Source of the DNA: Candidatus Marinacidobacterales bacterium
GTDB lineage: Bacteria; Acidobacteriota; Vicinamibacteria; Marinacidobacterales; DATDRI01
Assembly: GCA_965226495.1 (NCBI GenBank)
Contig: OZ245365.1
Location: 800,001 to 864,000, forward strand
DNA length: 64,000 nt
Direction: 5' to 3'
Under the pieces are notes generated by a model. That model did not search any database. It saw only the letters and a program-made list of their open reading frames with translations, and had not been told where the DNA came from. Below, piece by piece: positions 61,063-64,000 of the stretch. Both the position numbers and the translations under genes were made by a program. Each line of letters starts with the position of its first letter. Within the stretch, counting starts at the first letter, position 1.

Positions 61063-63357
61063 ATGAAACGTAGCCCTGTCTACATAGCTGCACTCTGCGC
61101 CGTCGCCGCCATTGTGGCGCCTTCTGTACTTGCCGCGCAGGAAGAATTCGTTCCCTTTCGCCCTACGATCACCATCAAGCGAGTATCCCAGGCGCCTACG
61201 CTCGAGGATTTTCTCGGCATGAAGCCCAGCCCGCAGATCGAAGCGGAGATGACGAAGATCTCGGGCTTCACGCAACGAGACCCGATTGATGGGGCGCCGT
61301 CGACTCTGGCCACCGACGTTTACATGGGGTATGACGACAAGAACCTCTACGTCGTCTATGTTGCCTTCGACGACCAGCCGGAAAAGGTGAGGGCGCGCAT
61401 GGCCCGTCGCGAAAGCGTGGATCGAGACGACGACCTCGTCTATATCAATATCGACACCTACAATGACGAACGGCGGGGCTACGAGTTCGGAACCAATGCT
61501 TACGGCATCCAGTTCGACTCCCTGTTCGCTGAGGGCTCGTCCCCCGATCGATCGTTCGATACGCTTTGGTATTCCCGCGGTGAGCGAACCGACCAAGGGT
61601 TCGTGGTGTGGTTCGCCTTGCCTTTCAAGAGCCTTCGCTTCCCGGCGACCGCGGAGCAGACCTGGGGAATTCTTTTCGAGCGTTGGAGTCCTCATACGAG
61701 TGATTGGTCCTTTTGGCCTCAGGCATCCACTCGCGTTCAAGGGTTCCTGAATCAAACAGCGAGGATCAAGATGGAGAACATCTCGCCCGGACGCAACGTG
61801 CAGCTCATTCCGTATGCCGCGGCGCGCGGGTTCCGCGCTCTCGATACGGAACTTCCTGAAGGTCCCGCTTTCGTCGAAGATTTCACGGACGTGAACATTG
61901 GGCTAGACGCCAAAATGGTGATCAAGGACAGCGTGACGGTCGATGCGACCGTCAATCCGGATTTCAATCAAGTCGAGTCCGACGAGCCGCAGGTTACGGC
62001 GAACCAACGGTTCGAGGTCTTTTTCCCTGAGAAGCGGCCCTTTTTCATCGAGAATGCGCAGTATTTCGAAACGCCAATTAATCTGTTTTTTTCTCGGCGC
62101 ATCGCTGATCCATCACTCGGTGCTCGCCTCACTGGTAAGATCGGGCCGTGGGCGATCGGCGCCCTAGTCACCGACGACGAAGCACCGGGGAAGCGCGCCC
62201 TTCCGGGCTCGCCGCTCCGCGGACAGAACGCGTTCTACGGGATCTTCCGGGCCAGCCGCGATGTCTTCGAGCAGGGCTCGGTGGGGGCGATGTACACCGA
62301 CTGGAGCTTCGACGGGAGCTCGAACCGAGTGGGGGGTGCCGATTTTCGCTTCAAGCTCACACCTAACTTGTCGTTGAAGGGGCAGGCGGTAGCCAGCTCG
62401 ACCACTTTCCAGGGCGAGCTCGGCGAGCTCAGCGTTACCGGACCGGCCTACGACGTTACGCTAGATCGTTCCGGAAGGCACTTGCGTATGTTTTTCGGAT
62501 ACACCGACATCAGCGACGATTTCCGTTCGGTGCCCGGTTTTGTGACCCGGCGGGACATCCGCGAGCTTAGCTACTCGTTTCGTTATCTGTTTCGGCCGGA
62601 AGGCACGCTCATCTCCTGGGGTCCGACGTTTTTCGTCGAAAGCGTTTGGGACCACAACGGGGTTCTCTTGGACGAGATTTACAACCCGGGTCTCGTATGG
62701 AATTTCATGAGACAGACGAGCATCGAGCTGGAATTCTGGAAGAAGGACGAAACGCTTCGCCCCAAGGACTTCCCGGTGCTTATCGAAAACCGTGTCTTTC
62801 CTCAGGAGCATCCGAGCATCAGCTTCAGAAGCAGCCTGCTCCCTGCTCTTTCCGTCGACGTGGAGTATACCGGCGGGACGACGATTAACTTCAACCCTCC
62901 GGCCGGCGAGGAGCCGGAGAAGGCAAATCAGAAGGGCGTGGAGCTCGAGCTTACGATTCGGCCGGCCAACGCGCACCGGATCGACACGACCTATCTTCTC
63001 ACGCAGCTCACCGAGCCCTCCGACGGGGCGAGGATCTTCGACAACCACATCTTCCGGCTCCGGTGGAACTGGCAATTCAATCGCGAGCTATCACTGCGCC
63101 TCATCGGTCAGTACGACGCCCTGCTGAGCAACGAGAGTTTGACGTCGCTTCCCACCGTCAAGAATCTCAATTTCGACGCGCTGGTAACTTATTTGGTGAA
63201 CCCGTGGACGGCGCTCTATGTCGGTTACAACGGGAACGCGCAAAACATCGACCTCATCGATACACCTAACGGACGTCGCCTCATCCGCCCTCGCAGTTCC
63301 TTCGAGAACGACGCGTGGCAGATCTTCGTGAAGTTTTCCTACCTGTTTCGTTTTTGA
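61063..63357 (+). CDS. CBM9-like / DUF5916 outer-membrane-associated protein
   Basis: Signal peptide, YDDKNLY, LPFKSLRF, TVNPDFNQVESD, FPEKRPFF, terminal FVKFSYLFRF. Confidence 0.88.
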   Translation: MKRSPVYIAALCAVAAIVAPSVLAAQEEFVPFRPTITIKRVSQAPTLEDFLGMKPSPQIEAEMTKISGFTQRDPIDGAPSTLATDVYMGYDDKNLYVVYVAFDDQPEKVRARMARRESVDRDDDLVYINIDTYNDERRGYEFGTNAYGIQFDSLFAEGSSPDRSFDTLWYSRGERTDQGFVVWFALPFKSLRFPATAEQTWGILFERWSPHTSDWSFWPQASTRVQGFLNQTARIKMENISPGRNVQLIPYAAARGFRALDTELPEGPAFVEDFTDVNIGLDAKMVIKDSVTVDATVNPDFNQVESDEPQVTANQRFEVFFPEKRPFFIENAQYFETPINLFFSRRIADPSLGARLTGKIGPWAIGALVTDDEAPGKRALPGSPLRGQNAFYGIFRASRDVFEQGSVGAMYTDWSFDGSSNRVGGADFRFKLTPNLSLKGQAVASSTTFQGELGELSVTGPAYDVTLDRSGRHLRMFFGYTDISDDFRSVPGFVTRRDIRELSYSFRYLFRPEGTLISWGPTFFVESVWDHNGVLLDEIYNPGLVWNFMRQTSIELEFWKKDETLRPKDFPVLIENRVFPQEHPSISFRSSLLPALSVDVEYTGGTTINFNPPAGEEPEKANQKGVELELTIRPANAHRIDTTYLLTQLTEPSDGARIFDNHIFRLRWNWQFNRELSLRLIGQYDALLSNESLTSLPTVKNLNFDALVTYLVNPWTALYVGYNGNAQNIDLIDTPNGRRLIRPRSSFENDAWQIFVKFSYLFRF

Positions 63358-63409
63358 CATAGGCCGCCTTCTCGACGGTCGGAGCAGCACAGCCATCGCC
63401 CTAACTCGC

Positions 63410-63435
63410 CAGAATCTCGCCCGGGCGAGATTCTG
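63410..63435. repeat. Perfect 26-bp palindrome in an intergenic region
   Basis: CAGAATCTCGCCCGGGCGAGATTCTG equals its own reverse complement. Confidence 0.8.
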
Positions 63436-63493
63436 CTTCGTTCACTGAGTCGCCTCACCTGCATCTCGAATCGTCGGTTATACTGTCGCCCAA

Positions 63494-64000
63494 ATGCGCA
63501 CGCTGAAAGACGAGCAATCCTGGTTGATGACCGCTTCGCTCATGGTTCTGGCGGCCGTCGCCATCGCGGTGGCGTTGATCTACACACGCAAGGTGATGGT
63601 GCCTTTCGTTCTCTCGATCTTCATCATGTACCTCGTCGCGCCGATTGTGGACTTTCTTCGGGCTCGTCTCCGGGTTCCCAAGGCGATTTCCATTCTCGCC
63701 GCGCTCCTCGTGGTGGTGGGGCTCTTGACGCTCTTGAGTCTGCTAATCACGACTTCGGTGCGGGGTTTGGCGGCGAGCGCACCCATCTATCGGGAGAGGT
63801 TGACCAGCCTCGCCCAGAGCTTTGTGTCCGTACTCGATCGCTTTGGCGTCGATCTGAGCCAAGATCAGGTGTTGACGACGATCAGGGAGCTGCCGGTGTT
63901 GGACATGGTGCGGCAAACGGCGGGCGGTGTCCTGGGGCTGGTATCGAACGGCATTCTGGTACTCATCTTTGTGATCTATCTGCTGGCGGGAAGACAACCG
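63494..64000 (+). CDS. AI-2E family transporter, partial (runs off the right edge)
   Basis: Manual translation gives MRTLKDEQSWL...VMVPFVLSIFIMYLVAPIVDFL, a typical AI-2E N-terminus. Confidence 0.8.
   Translation, partial: MRTLKDEQSWLMTASLMVLAAVAIAVALIYTRKVMVPFVLSIFIMYLVAPIVDFLRARLRVPKAISILAALLVVVGLLTLLSLLITTSVRGLAASAPIYRERLTSLAQSFVSVLDRFGVDLSQDQVLTTIRELPVLDMVRQTAGGVLGLVSNGILVLIFVIYLLAGRQP

Noticed and set aside
1-64000. rRNA, tRNA and prophage genes
   Set aside because: No recognisable conserved RNA motifs or phage structural genes by eye. A tRNAscan-SE or Infernal run would be needed to exclude small RNAs.

Overview
GC-rich bacterial DNA. The gene set (Ser/Thr kinase with PD40 repeats, DUF5916, sulfatases, GGGGTGGGGCCCC hairpin repeats) suggests an Acidobacteriota genome, possibly Vicinamibacteria; this is inference. 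Both flanks look like ordinary chromosome. Left (1-11 kb): hom, aminotransferase, PilZ, redoxin, ispG, pxpA/pxpBC, modABC, arsC. Right (43.8-64 kb): regulator/SRPBCC, GT-C, ParB-like, ybjQ pair, tesA-ybbAP, sulfatase, DUF5916, AI-2E. Between them lies a ~33 kb mosaic. A direct duplication of modB'-modC-arsC, 28,582 bp apart, brackets most of it. It holds at least nine pieces of IS91-like (HUH rolling-circle) elements of three sequence types. Five pieces carry the same terminus, GATAGAAATG(G/C)CTATCT. Between them sit intact cargo genes (Fic, kinase, NDT plus lipoprotein deaminase, cyclase, BrnTA) and many 40-400 bp gene fragments. This reflects either Helitron-like gene-fragment capture or a collapsed-repeat assembly artefact, and the sequence alone cannot decide. 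A likely unannotated selenoprotein (in-frame TGA in a UxxC motif with a SECIS-like hairpin) lies at 43796-45127. No rRNA, tRNA or cas genes were recognised. All calls come from motif recognition by eye; no searches were run.
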